Notes: generated by a model from the sequence alone, not told the origin. Shown: positions 39,681-49,051, counted from the first letter of the stretch. The stretch is 64,000 nucleotides of DNA from Candidatus Kaiserbacteria bacterium (GCA_016204695.1 JACQKD010000001.1:4976-68975); one strand, 5' to 3'. A program made the numbers and translations.

Positions 39681-40262
39681 ATGACAGATGAGGAATATGA
39701 TCTAGGCTATGCCATGTTAGAGGGACATTGGCGGGTGCGGTTGATCTGTGGCAGTATGCCGCAGATTCACGTTGCGCTTCAAAGTATAGTCGTTCCGATG
39801 CTCACAGAACACTGTATTGCTTTCCTCCCGCGGCTGGTAGAGGGGGAAAGTGAAGATCCGCTTGGCGACTTGGCACGACAGATGTACGAGTACTTGCGTG
39901 CCGGGCGGACGATTCATTTGCCGAACAGAGATCAGATCGTTGATTTCTCTCCCGCTTTTTGCGGAGCTGTGGAGCGTGAAGCATTTATCGAGAATGCCTG
40001 CCAAGACGGGAAGTTTCTCAGCAGGGCGTTTGGGGAGCTGGCCCGCTGTATTCCAGAAACCTACACCATGATTCTTGCGCTTCGTGCGGGCTTCATGTGG
40101 AGAAACTACACGCCTATGTGGATGTATTTTCTTCATGATTTCTTGAAAACCGAGATCGATGCGCGATTAATTATTGGATTGGAGTACAGAGAGGCACTCG
40201 AGATGATGTTTTATTTTTCGGACTTTGATGTAGTCAAGCGAATAGGGGGGTACATACTGTAA
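39681..40262 (+). CDS. Hypothetical protein (ORFan-like)
   Basis: GGAGGAG RBS, open frame and a downstream hairpin; no motif recognised. Confidence 0.55.
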   Translation: MTDEEYDLGYAMLEGHWRVRLICGSMPQIHVALQSIVVPMLTEHCIAFLPRLVEGESEDPLGDLARQMYEYLRAGRTIHLPNRDQIVDFSPAFCGAVEREAFIENACQDGKFLSRAFGELARCIPETYTMILALRAGFMWRNYTPMWMYFLHDFLKTEIDARLIIGLEYREALEMMFYFSDFDVVKRIGGYIL

Positions 40263-40371
40263 TTTATCCACTGCTATTTCCCAATGGCCCCACCTCTTTG
40301 TACGAGATACAGGGAGGGTGGGGTCATTATGTTTCTGATAACCGGTCAGTCATTTCTGATATTCTAGGAGG

Positions 40372-40977
40372 ATGCAATTTCTTGTGGGTGTTGACGAAGC
40401 GGGGCGCGGGGCGCTTGCGGGGCCGGTGGCGGTGGGGGTGGCGATGGTTCCTCGCGATTTTGATTTTGCGCTCGTGCCGGGAGTGAAAGATTCGAAACAG
40501 TTGTCGCCAAAAGAGCGCGAGCGCATTTATGCGCTCGCGCGAGGTTTGCAAAAAGAAGGATTGCTCGATTTCAAAGTGGCGATGGTGGGAGCGGAGATGA
40601 TTGACCGGGTCGGGATTACCCGCGCAGTCGCCTTGGCGACTGCGCGGGCGTTGTATCGACTTTCATGCAACCCTGCTTTCACCGATGTTCGTCTTGACGG
40701 GCTTCTTCATGCCCCGCCCGTTTTCATCCGCCAGCAGACCATCATCCGAGGCGACCAAACCGAGCCGGTCATTTCACTCGCGTCCATCATGGCCAAAGTC
40801 ACCCGCGACCACCACATGGTGCGTCTCGCGTGCCGCTATCCGCTCTACGACCTCGCCCGCCACAAAGGATATGGTACCCTCCTTCATCGCGACCGTCTCG
40901 CCGCCCACGGCCTCTCCGACCTCCACCGCAGATATTTTTGTAAGGGATTTTGTCAAGGAACGCAGGTTGCGGAGTAG
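40372..40977 (+). CDS. rnhB: Ribonuclease HII
   Basis: GVDEAGRG.LAGPV, DSK.L, ASIMAKVTRD and HKGYGT motifs. Confidence 0.95.
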   Translation: MQFLVGVDEAGRGALAGPVAVGVAMVPRDFDFALVPGVKDSKQLSPKERERIYALARGLQKEGLLDFKVAMVGAEMIDRVGITRAVALATARALYRLSCNPAFTDVRLDGLLHAPPVFIRQQTIIRGDQTEPVISLASIMAKVTRDHHMVRLACRYPLYDLARHKGYGTLLHRDRLAAHGLSDLHRRYFCKGFCQGTQVAE

Positions 40978-41006
40978 CCCCTCTTTTGCTATAGTCCTCT
41001 CACTAT

Positions 41007-41387
41007 ATGGTCGTCCGAATGAGACATAACCGCTCGCAGGTCCGTCAGGACCGGAGCCATCAAGCGCTCAAAGAGCGGACGCTTTCGGTGTGTTCGCATT
41101 GCAAGGCGCTTCATCTGCCGCACCACATGTGCTTGTCGTGCGGGTGGTACAACGGCCGCCAAGTGATGGACCTCGAAGCCGAGAAGGCAAAGCGTGACCG
41201 GCGGCTCAAAGAGAAGCGCGAGCGTATCGGCGTAGAGACGGGAGCAGAGCATCAGCCCGCTCCCGTGCCGGCTGTCGAAACCAAAGACGAAAAGCAACCG
41301 AAAGAAAAAGCTCGGAAGGCGCGCGGAGCGGCCGCCAAGCGCCTCAAGGACGAGTCGCTTTCGCAATCCGAAATTGGCTCAAACTGA
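41007..41387 (+). CDS. rpmF: 50S ribosomal protein L32 with a C-terminal extension
   Basis: RSH.AL and CSHC...HHMCLSCGWYNGRQV motifs. Confidence 0.9.
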   Translation: MVVRMRHNRSQVRQDRSHQALKERTLSVCSHCKALHLPHHMCLSCGWYNGRQVMDLEAEKAKRDRRLKEKRERIGVETGAEHQPAPVPAVETKDEKQPKEKARKARGAAAKRLKDESLSQSEIGSN

Positions 41388-41471
41388 CCCATCGACTTTC
41401 CACACTTCGCTCCGCATCCGGCGGAGCGTTTTTCCGTCCTCTGTGTTAGGATAGACGCAGGAATCACGAGT

Positions 41472-42380
41472 ATGGCAAATCGGCACCTTTCGAGAAGCAT
41501 TGTTCTGCAGTCGCTTTTCGAGTGGGATTTAAATAATATAGAAAAAAGCGATATCAAAAGCGTGCTCGAACGCAATATTGAAGAGTTCGCACCGAACAAG
41601 TCCGACCTACCGTTCATGGAGCGCCTTATCGACGGCGTGCTCGGCAAACAGAAAGAATTAAATCTTATCATTGAAAAGGCAGCGCCCGAGTGGCCGATCG
41701 ACCGCATCTCGCCGGTCGATCGCAACATTTTGCGTCTCGGTCTTTATGAGCTGTTGTTTGCCGACCGGAGCGAGGTCCCGGCCAAGGTCGCAATCAACGA
41801 AGCGATCGAGCTTGCCAAACAATTCGGCGGAGACAACTCCGGCAGATTCGTCAACGGCGTGCTCGGCGCAGTGTATAAAGAGATAGGCGAGCCCGGCAAG
41901 GATGAAAGCAGTAAGCGAAAGCGCAAGGATGTGCCGTATGAAGAGATGCCGGTCGAGCATCTTGCGGGTGCCGTGGTTTATGCATACGACGAGCAGGGCG
42001 AAATGTATTTGGCGCTCGTCCATGATATCTTCGGGCACTGGACACTCTCGAAAGGTAAAATTGAAGATGGCGAATCGATCGAGGATGGGGCGAAGCGCGA
42101 AATAAAAGAAGAGATAGGGCTCGATATGGAGATTGAGGCGAAGCTCGGCGAGAACGAGTATATTGCGTCCGATCCGGAAGTCGGAAAGAAACGCAAGCAT
42201 GTCACGTACTTTCTAGCGGAGTCGCCCTTTAAGGACGTGACGCTTGAAAAAAAAGGCGGACTCGACGACGCGAAGTGGTTCAGGGCTGCGGAAATTCTCG
42301 ATCTCAACTTCTACGAAGACATTCTGCCGATCGTGACCAAGGCCGTGACAATGCTTGTCGGCAAGAAACGTTCGAGTTAG
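41472..42380 (+). CDS. nusB: NusB fused to a C-terminal Nudix domain
   Basis: DRNILRL, AINEAIELAK and FVNGVLG motifs, then the Nudix box KGKIEDGES...AKREIKEEIG. Confidence 0.92.
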   Translation: MANRHLSRSIVLQSLFEWDLNNIEKSDIKSVLERNIEEFAPNKSDLPFMERLIDGVLGKQKELNLIIEKAAPEWPIDRISPVDRNILRLGLYELLFADRSEVPAKVAINEAIELAKQFGGDNSGRFVNGVLGAVYKEIGEPGKDESSKRKRKDVPYEEMPVEHLAGAVVYAYDEQGEMYLALVHDIFGHWTLSKGKIEDGESIEDGAKREIKEEIGLDMEIEAKLGENEYIASDPEVGKKRKHVTYFLAESPFKDVTLEKKGGLDDAKWFRAAEILDLNFYEDILPIVTKAVTMLVGKKRSS

Positions 42381-42390
42381 ACTCCGTGCC

Positions 42391-43098
42391 ATGTCCGCAA
42401 ACGACAGAGATAAGCTTGATACATTGCAACAGGTGCTCGGCGTCACATTTGCCGACGTTACCTATTTGCTTTCTGCGGTTACGCATCGCTCGTTTCTGAA
42501 TGAAAACCGCGAGGCGACTCAGTCGCATAACGAGCGGCTTGAGTTTTTGGGAGACGCGGTACTTGAACTTATCGTCACCGATTTTCTTTTTGCGAAATAT
42601 CCGGACAAGCAGGAGGGCGAGCTCACTGCGATCCGAGCCGCACTTGTCAATACCAACACGCTTTCGTCACTTTCAACATCGCTCGGCGTTAATGAGTATT
42701 TGCTTCTCTCGAAAGGGGAAGCGAAGGATGTTGGCCGCGCGCGGCAATATATACTTGCCAATACCTTCGAAGCTATCGTCGGCGCGATGTATCTCGACCA
42801 AGGATACGAGCTCGCGCGCGACTTCGTCGCGCGCGAGCTCTTCCCGCGAACCGACGAGATTGTCGAAAAGCGTCTTTGGCAAGACCCGAAGAGCCGCTTT
42901 CAGGAGCGCGCGCAGGAAGTCACCGGCATCACGCCGTCGTATCAGACGCTCAAAGAGCAGGGTCCCGACCACGACCGCACATTTACCGTCGGCGTATTTC
43001 TCGGCAAGGATTGCATCGCGCAGGGCGAAGGTCGCGCCAAACAGGAAGCAGAACAAAAAGCTGCGGAAAATGGGTTGATAGAAAAAGGATGGACGTAG
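42391..43098 (+). CDS. rnc: Ribonuclease III
   Basis: THRS and NERLEFLGDAVL motifs plus a dsRNA-binding domain. Confidence 0.97.
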   Translation: MSANDRDKLDTLQQVLGVTFADVTYLLSAVTHRSFLNENREATQSHNERLEFLGDAVLELIVTDFLFAKYPDKQEGELTAIRAALVNTNTLSSLSTSLGVNEYLLLSKGEAKDVGRARQYILANTFEAIVGAMYLDQGYELARDFVARELFPRTDEIVEKRLWQDPKSRFQERAQEVTGITPSYQTLKEQGPDHDRTFTVGVFLGKDCIAQGEGRAKQEAEQKAAENGLIEKGWT

Positions 43099-43108
43099 AG
43101 GGGGGCGT

Positions 43109-43155
43109 ATGGAAACGGCCGCAAAAGTCCGAAGGACTTTTGCGGCCGTTTCCAT
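43109..43155. repeat. Perfect 22-bp hairpin between rnc and smc
   Basis: ATGGAAACGGCCGCAAAAGTCC-GAA-GGACTTTTGCGGCCGTTTCCAT. Confidence 0.85.
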
Positions 43156-43191
43156 TACGAAATTTATTACGAGGGATGATACAATCTCTGC

Positions 43192-45504
43192 ATGTATTTG
43201 CAGTCGCTTGAGGTAAGCGGGTTTAAGTCTTTTGCAAAAAAAGCGGAGCTTGAGTTTTCGACGCCAATTACGGGGATCGTGGGGCCCAACGGCTCCGGCA
43301 AGTCGAACGTCGTCGAGGCGTTTCGTTTCGTGCTCGGCGAACAGTCCATTAAGTCCATGCGCGGCAAGAAGGGAGAAGACCTCATTTGGGGCGGCGGAAC
43401 GAGCCTGGCGCGGGCAAACCGCGCGTCGGTGAAAATCGTGCTCAACAATGAAAGCCGCCTCTTCCCGATTGATTTCGACACTGTGACCGTCGAGCGCGTG
43501 GTCAACCGCGACGGCGAAAACGAATACTCCATCAATGGCTCGCGCACGCGCTTGCGTGACGTGCAGGAATTGCTTTCCGCCGCCAATATCGGCTCGACCG
43601 GCCACCACATCATTTCGCAAGGTGAAGCAGACCGCATCCTCTCGGCAAATCCGAAAGAACGCCGCGAGATGATCGAGGACGCGTTAGGTCTGAAGCTCTA
43701 TCAATACAAAAAAGCCGAGAGCGAGAAGAAACTCGAAAAGACGAAAGAAAATATCGCGCAGGTCACTTCGCTCCGCAAGGAGATCCAGCCGCATCTCCAC
43801 TTCCTTGAGCGGCAGGTGAAAAAGCTCGAAAAGTCTACGGAGCTTCGCGACCGGCTCACGGCGTTTTATAAAGCATACCTCCTGCGCGAGGAGCTCTATC
43901 TTGAACATCACACAAAGCGTTTGCGGGAAGAGGAGCGGGCGCCCGAGGCGGAGCTCGCGGTGCTGAAACACGAGCTCGCAAAAGCGAAACAGACGCTCGC
44001 CGAGGCCGAAAAGGATGAGAAGCGCGACGCGCTCGTGCGGCTTGAAGCACAGCTTTCGGTGCTTCGCCATAAACGGCAGGAGGTACTGCGTGAGAGCGGC
44101 CGCGTCGAGGGACAGCTTGGGTATCTTGAGCGGCAGGCGGCCGACCACGCGCGCAAAAAAGAACGCGAAACGCATCCGCCCGTGCCGTTTGCCGAGGTGA
44201 CGCGGGTGGTGGACCAGGTCGAGCAAGTCGCACAGAGCGCGCACGGGGAGGAAGACACGGCGGGATTGCGGCGCGTGATTGAGAGCATGGTGCGCACATT
44301 GCGGTCATTTCTCAATGAGACCGCGCGCATACACACGGACACTCCGGAGGAGACGCGCCTTGAGCGGGAGCTCGGCAAGCTCCGCGAAGAGAAGGAGCAC
44401 AATGAACGTACGCTTGCGGCGATTGACGGAGAAGAGCAGTCGCTTTCCCGTGAGTACGAGACGCTGAAACGGTCTATTGAAGCCGAGGCGAGCGAGAGCC
44501 GTGCCGCCGAGCGGGAAGTCTTTCGCATCATGGGGCGCGAGCGCGAGCTGATTGAGATAAAGAACCGCGTTACCCGCGAGACGCAGATGCTCGAACGCGA
44601 TCGGGAAGAATTCACCCGCGAGCTCAAAGAAGGCGCGATACTCGTCGGGTTTGAGATTACCCGCTACCGCGAGCACACCGTCGACCCGGACGGCATGTCG
44701 CTTACCGCGGTTGTTGTTGTCGATGAAGATCGTTCCGTACAGCTCGGCCGCCGCCGCGAGCTTGAGAAAATGAAGATTCGTCTCGAAGAGCTCGGCGCGA
44801 GCGGCGGCGGTGAAGTGATGAAAGAGTATGAGGAGGTCAAAGGCCGCGAAGCATTTCTTTCTCGCGAGATTGCCGACCTTGAACAATCAATCGAGAAGCT
44901 CGCGGAGCTGATTGTTGACTTGACCGAAAAATTAAACGAAGAATTTGTCGGCGGCATCGAGAAAATCAATACCGAGTTCAACCGCTTTTTCATGCTGATG
45001 TTCGGCGGCGGCTCGGCAAATCTTTTGCGCATCAAGCCAAAGGTGCGCAGGAAGAAGAGCGACCTTGAAGGACTACTTGCCGGCGATGGCGAGGGGGGCG
45101 ACCTGCCGGACGACGGAGGCGAAGATGAGGATTCGTCGGTTGACGGAGAAGAAGGTGTCGACATAGATGTGAAGCTCCCGAACAAGCGCGTGCGGGGCTT
45201 GGAAATGCTCTCCGGCGGCGAGCGGGCGCTGACCTCTATCGCGCTCATTTTTGCGATGAGTCAGGTCAATCCGCCGCTCTTTGTCATTCTTGACGAGACC
45301 GACGCCGCGCTCGACGAAGCCAACAGCCGGCGCTACGGCGACATGATCGAGTCGCTTGCGAAGAAGTCCCAGCTCATTTTGATAACTCACAATCGCGAAA
45401 CCATGTCCCGCGCCGGCGTCCTCTACGGCGTCACCATGGGCGGCGACGGCATTTCCAAACTCCTCTCCGTCAAACTCGAAGAAGCCGTCGCCGTGGCGAA
45501 GTGA
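43192..45504 (+). CDS. smc: SMC-family ATPase, short (770 aa)
   Basis: GFKSFA, GPNGSGKSN, LSGGE, LDETDAALD and ITH motifs; follows rnc. Confidence 0.9.
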   Translation: MYLQSLEVSGFKSFAKKAELEFSTPITGIVGPNGSGKSNVVEAFRFVLGEQSIKSMRGKKGEDLIWGGGTSLARANRASVKIVLNNESRLFPIDFDTVTVERVVNRDGENEYSINGSRTRLRDVQELLSAANIGSTGHHIISQGEADRILSANPKERREMIEDALGLKLYQYKKAESEKKLEKTKENIAQVTSLRKEIQPHLHFLERQVKKLEKSTELRDRLTAFYKAYLLREELYLEHHTKRLREEERAPEAELAVLKHELAKAKQTLAEAEKDEKRDALVRLEAQLSVLRHKRQEVLRESGRVEGQLGYLERQAADHARKKERETHPPVPFAEVTRVVDQVEQVAQSAHGEEDTAGLRRVIESMVRTLRSFLNETARIHTDTPEETRLERELGKLREEKEHNERTLAAIDGEEQSLSREYETLKRSIEAEASESRAAEREVFRIMGRERELIEIKNRVTRETQMLERDREEFTRELKEGAILVGFEITRYREHTVDPDGMSLTAVVVVDEDRSVQLGRRRELEKMKIRLEELGASGGGEVMKEYEEVKGREAFLSREIADLEQSIEKLAELIVDLTEKLNEEFVGGIEKINTEFNRFFMLMFGGGSANLLRIKPKVRRKKSDLEGLLAGDGEGGDLPDDGGEDEDSSVDGEEGVDIDVKLPNKRVRGLEMLSGGERALTSIALIFAMSQVNPPLFVILDETDAALDEANSRRYGDMIESLAKKSQLILITHNRETMSRAGVLYGVTMGGDGISKLLSVKLEEAVAVAK

Positions 45505-45568
45505 AATGGTATTGACCGGTGGTGTATACTGGAACGTACGGGGGATTACGAAGATAACATAAACCACC

Positions 45569-45745
45569 ATGACAAACTGCAAAAAATGCGGCAAGGAAAC
45601 CAAGGGATTCAAGTGCGATGTCGATACGTGCGGCATGGAAGCGGAACAGCATGATGCTAATCATGCATGCGGAGGCGAGCACTGCGTGCCGAAGTGTTCT
45701 GCGTGCAATGAAGCGGAAACAAAGTGCACCTGCTCCGCAGAATAG
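45569..45745 (+). CDS. Cys/His-rich 58-aa metallothionein-like peptide (absent from the ORF track)
   Basis: MTNCKKCGKETKGFKCDVDTCGMEAEQHDANHACGGEHCVPKCSACNEAETKCTCSAE: 10 Cys, 3 His. Upstream TTGAC and TATACT boxes. Confidence 0.72.
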   Translation: MTNCKKCGKETKGFKCDVDTCGMEAEQHDANHACGGEHCVPKCSACNEAETKCTCSAE

Positions 45746-45801
45746 GTCGCGGCATCTCATCGCCGTGTCAATGTATCTGAAATACGACCGCGGGAGCGGT
45801 C

Positions 45802-45853
45802 GCATTTCTTTGTCCCTCTCCGTCAAACTCGAAGAAGTTGTTGCGGTGGCGAA
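45802..45853 (+). repeat. Diverged duplicate of the smc 3' end
   Basis: CCTCTCCGTCAAACTCGAAGAAG is identical at 45462 and 45815, followed by GTGGCGAA in both. Confidence 0.85.
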
Positions 45854-45866
45854 ACAGGGCTCAAGT

Positions 45867-46424
45867 TCAATTGGTGGCACTCCGTTCTCCAGCTATCTCA
45901 ACAATCTTCTTGATATCCTGAATAAGTTTCATTTGTTCCGCAGTAATACCTTCAATGATGGAATTAAATTCGCTACCAGCAAGATAAACTGTTACCTCAG
46001 CTTCAAAGACTTTTAATTCTTTTGTTCCGTCAAACATGTGGTGTACGGCCTCTCTCCTGATGCCGTTGAATTTGTTAATATTCTTTATTAAGATTCGGTC
46101 GCATCTCAATCGAGCAAATATACCAACAAGTTGCCCCAATGTTTCTTCATCTTTCAAGATCAGTTTTTCATCTTCAAAAATATCTTCAACTCTAAGAAGC
46201 TTCAAGATCCTTCGTCGAGCAACATATCCATCAATCACAAATTTCATCAAATGCTCGATGAGTTGCGCATATACAAAGATAGTCTCTATCATAAAACCTG
46301 CTTGTATCAGGTTGTCCAATCTTTCGCGTGCCATGCTAGAACCCTTAACCAAAAGGGTTTGATGGGCAGCAATGCCAGAGATTTCATTATCAATCTGGAG
46401 ACCGATATGCTTTGATGTAGACAT
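45867..46424 (-). CDS. AT-rich hypothetical protein, possibly HEPN-like
   Basis: Visibly low GC; RREAVH (RX4H) motif in a helical protein. Confidence 0.55.
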   Translation of the reverse strand: MSTSKHIGLQIDNEISGIAAHQTLLVKGSSMARERLDNLIQAGFMIETIFVYAQLIEHLMKFVIDGYVARRRILKLLRVEDIFEDEKLILKDEETLGQLVGIFARLRCDRILIKNINKFNGIRREAVHHMFDGTKELKVFEAEVTVYLAGSEFNSIIEGITAEQMKLIQDIKKIVEIAGERSATN

Positions 46425-46482
46425 GGCAAAAGGGTAACTATGTACAAAGATTAGCCTTATGTAACTCAGTACATAGTTCCCC

Positions 46483-48441
46483 TTACACCAACACAAAATC
46501 GAGTTGGCGGTCGTGGAGGTTGGCGGAGGCGAGACGGATGCGGATGGGGTCGCCGAGCTGGTATTTTTTGCCGCTTCGGTCGCCTTTGACCTGATAGTTT
46601 TTCGGGTCGTGCGTGAACGTGTCGCCTTTTATACTGATGAGCTTGACCATGCCTTCGGCCTTACTTTCTTTTTCTTCCACATACATGCCGTACTCGGAAA
46701 CGCCGGTGATGACGCCGTCGAATTCTCGGCCGACTTTGTCAGCCATGTACTCGACTTGTTTGAACTTGATGGATTCGCGCTCGGCGCTCACGGCCTTCAT
46801 CTCTTGTTCGGAAGACTGGATTGCGAGATGCTCGTAATGCGCCCGCTCGTCGCTTGCGATCGGCTGGCCGTCGAGATGCATGCGCAGGAGGCGATGTACC
46901 ATGAGGTCGGGATAGCGGCGGATGGGCGAAGTGAAGTGCGTATAAAACTTGAATGCGAGGCCGAAGTGCCCGATGTTTTTGGTCGTATAGACGGCCTTTG
47001 CCATCGAGCGGATGGTCGCGGTCTTGATGAGATTTTCCTCGGGCTTACCCTCGACTTCTTTGAGCAACTTGTTGATGTCGGTCGCTTCAACGATGCCGCC
47101 CTCCGAACGGAACTCATAGCCGAGCGCATGAAGGAAGATGGCGAGGTCCTCGATTTTCTCCGGTTTCGGCGCGTCGTGGACGCGGTAGACGAAGGCCGCG
47201 TCGCGGTTGCCGTTTTTGCGGAGATTGTAGATATGCTCGGCGACCTTCCTGTTCGCAAGCAACATGAAGTCTTCAATCATGAGCATGGTCTCGATGCGCT
47301 CTTTGACATATACGGCAATCGGCTTTTTGTTCTCGTCGAGCTCGAATTTGACTTCGGGCTGTTCGAAGGCGATGGCGCCGTCGATGTATCGGATTTTTCG
47401 CAGGATGCGTGAGACTTCCATGAGCGTCTTGAGCTCTGCGGCGAGCGGCCCGTTTCCGGTCTCGAATACTTCTTGTGCTTCCTGATAGGTGAAGCGCTTG
47501 TCGGAGTGGATGACGGTCTGTCCGTACCATTCGCTCACGACTGCACCTTGCGGGGTCATTTCAAACACGGCGGAGAAGGCGAGTCGGTCTTCATCGGGAC
47601 GAAGGGAGCAGAGGTCGTTTGAGAGCACTTCGGGAAGCATGGGAATGACGCGGTCGACGAGGTAAATGGATGTGCCGCGCTCCTGCGCCTGTGCGTCGAT
47701 GGGGTCGCCCTCGCGGACATAGTAGGAGACGTCGGCGATATGAATGCCGATTTCGTAGTTGCCGTTCGGCAATGCGCGAAACGAGAGTGCGTCGTCAAAG
47801 TCTTTGGCATCGGCGGGGTCGATGGTGCAGGTCGGCACACCGCGGAAGTCTTTTCGCTTGGGGTCGGCGAGCGCCTCGGCAAAAATCTTCGCCTGATTCT
47901 CGTGAAGCGCTTTCGCCGCTTGGTCGACTTCGGGAGGAAAGCCGGTCGCGAATCCGCCACTGCGGATGATGGCGCGCATTTCGGTCTCGTGCTCGCCCGC
48001 CTTGCCGAGCACTTCGATGATGTCGGCGGCGGGAGAGGCGGCGGGGTCGGTCCATCCTGCGTCGTCGAGTGCGGCCGCGACTTTCATTCCGAGATGTTCC
48101 GGTCCGGCGTTTGTGAGCAGGAACTGCCAGTGGAGGTGGCGGTTGTCCGGGCGGAGGCGATAGGTGACGCCCCGCATCTCAACTTCGCCGATGTATTCGC
48201 TCCGCGCCCGCTCGACGACGCGCACGACGCGGCCCGTTTGCCTTTCGCCCTTGTCTGTCTTCGTGAGACCCGGATCAAGCGTGATCTCGACTACGTCGCC
48301 GTCGAGCGCAAGCCCCACCGCTTCGGGAGGAATCATGACGTCCTCTTCGCGGTCGGGGATCTTCACAAAACCCGTGCCTTTGCTTCCGCGTATCGCGATC
48401 ACCCCTCTGTGCGCGTCCGGCGCGCCGATATTTTCATCCAT
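46483..48441 (-). CDS. rnr: Ribonuclease R (RNB family)
   Basis: TIDP.DAKDFDDA, HIADVS and HFTSPIRRYPD motifs plus an S1 domain. Confidence 0.95.
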   Translation of the reverse strand: MDENIGAPDAHRGVIAIRGSKGTGFVKIPDREEDVMIPPEAVGLALDGDVVEITLDPGLTKTDKGERQTGRVVRVVERARSEYIGEVEMRGVTYRLRPDNRHLHWQFLLTNAGPEHLGMKVAAALDDAGWTDPAASPAADIIEVLGKAGEHETEMRAIIRSGGFATGFPPEVDQAAKALHENQAKIFAEALADPKRKDFRGVPTCTIDPADAKDFDDALSFRALPNGNYEIGIHIADVSYYVREGDPIDAQAQERGTSIYLVDRVIPMLPEVLSNDLCSLRPDEDRLAFSAVFEMTPQGAVVSEWYGQTVIHSDKRFTYQEAQEVFETGNGPLAAELKTLMEVSRILRKIRYIDGAIAFEQPEVKFELDENKKPIAVYVKERIETMLMIEDFMLLANRKVAEHIYNLRKNGNRDAAFVYRVHDAPKPEKIEDLAIFLHALGYEFRSEGGIVEATDINKLLKEVEGKPEENLIKTATIRSMAKAVYTTKNIGHFGLAFKFYTHFTSPIRRYPDLMVHRLLRMHLDGQPIASDERAHYEHLAIQSSEQEMKAVSAERESIKFKQVEYMADKVGREFDGVITGVSEYGMYVEEKESKAEGMVKLISIKGDTFTHDPKNYQVKGDRSGKKYQLGDPIRIRLASANLHDRQLDFVLV

Positions 48442-48520
48442 AGCGTTAAATATGCTCCGAGTATAAATGAAAACGGGATTATTGACCATGGCGTTATTTT
48501 CTGGTACTGTCGAAGCCATT

Positions 48521-48982
48521 ATGTTGAAGATGCGATTACAGCGAGTCGGCCGCAAGCATAGCCCCGCCTACCGGGTGCTTATCGTCGATTCCCGTCAGGG
48601 CCCGAAGAGCGGCAAGTATATTGACCAAGTCGGCTCGTATGAACCGAAAGAGGGTCGGATCACGATCGACGGTGAGAAGGCGAAGGAGTGGATTGCCAAG
48701 GGTGTGCAGGTTTCCGGCACCGTCCATAACATGCTCATAGACCGGAAGATTATCGAAGGAAAGAAGATCAACGTACTTCCGAGAAAGTCGCCGATCAAGA
48801 AAGAGGATGGGGGTGCGCCGGTAGCGGAAGCTCCCGCCGTGCAAGCGCCGGACGCAACGTCCGCCGAAGCGCCTGAAACTTCTCCCGGAGAAGTTTCCGT
48901 TGAAGAAACTCCATCCGAATCCGCCAGCCGGCGGACTGCCGAAGAAACACCCGTAGAGCCGGTTGGTTCCGAGCCGTCATAA
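48521..48982 (+). CDS. rpsP: 30S ribosomal protein S16 with an acidic tail
   Basis: MLKMRLQRVGRK.SP.YR and G.Y.P motifs. Confidence 0.95.
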   Translation: MLKMRLQRVGRKHSPAYRVLIVDSRQGPKSGKYIDQVGSYEPKEGRITIDGEKAKEWIAKGVQVSGTVHNMLIDRKIIEGKKINVLPRKSPIKKEDGGAPVAEAPAVQAPDATSAEAPETSPGEVSVEETPSESASRRTAEETPVEPVGSEPS

Positions 48983-49022
48983 CGGCAATGTTCGCGCGTT
49001 TGTATTTGTGCGCTTTGGCATG

Positions 49023-49051
49023 TTGACGCACATGTCACCCTTTCGTATCAT
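49023..49051 (+). promoter_or_regulatory. Sigma70-type promoter for khpA
   Basis: TTGACG-N17-TATCAT. Confidence 0.6.

Noticed and set aside
45618-46016. 132-aa ORF containing an Smc-like C-terminal peptide
   Set aside because: Chance open frame spanning the Cys-rich gene, the smc scar and the antisense of another gene.
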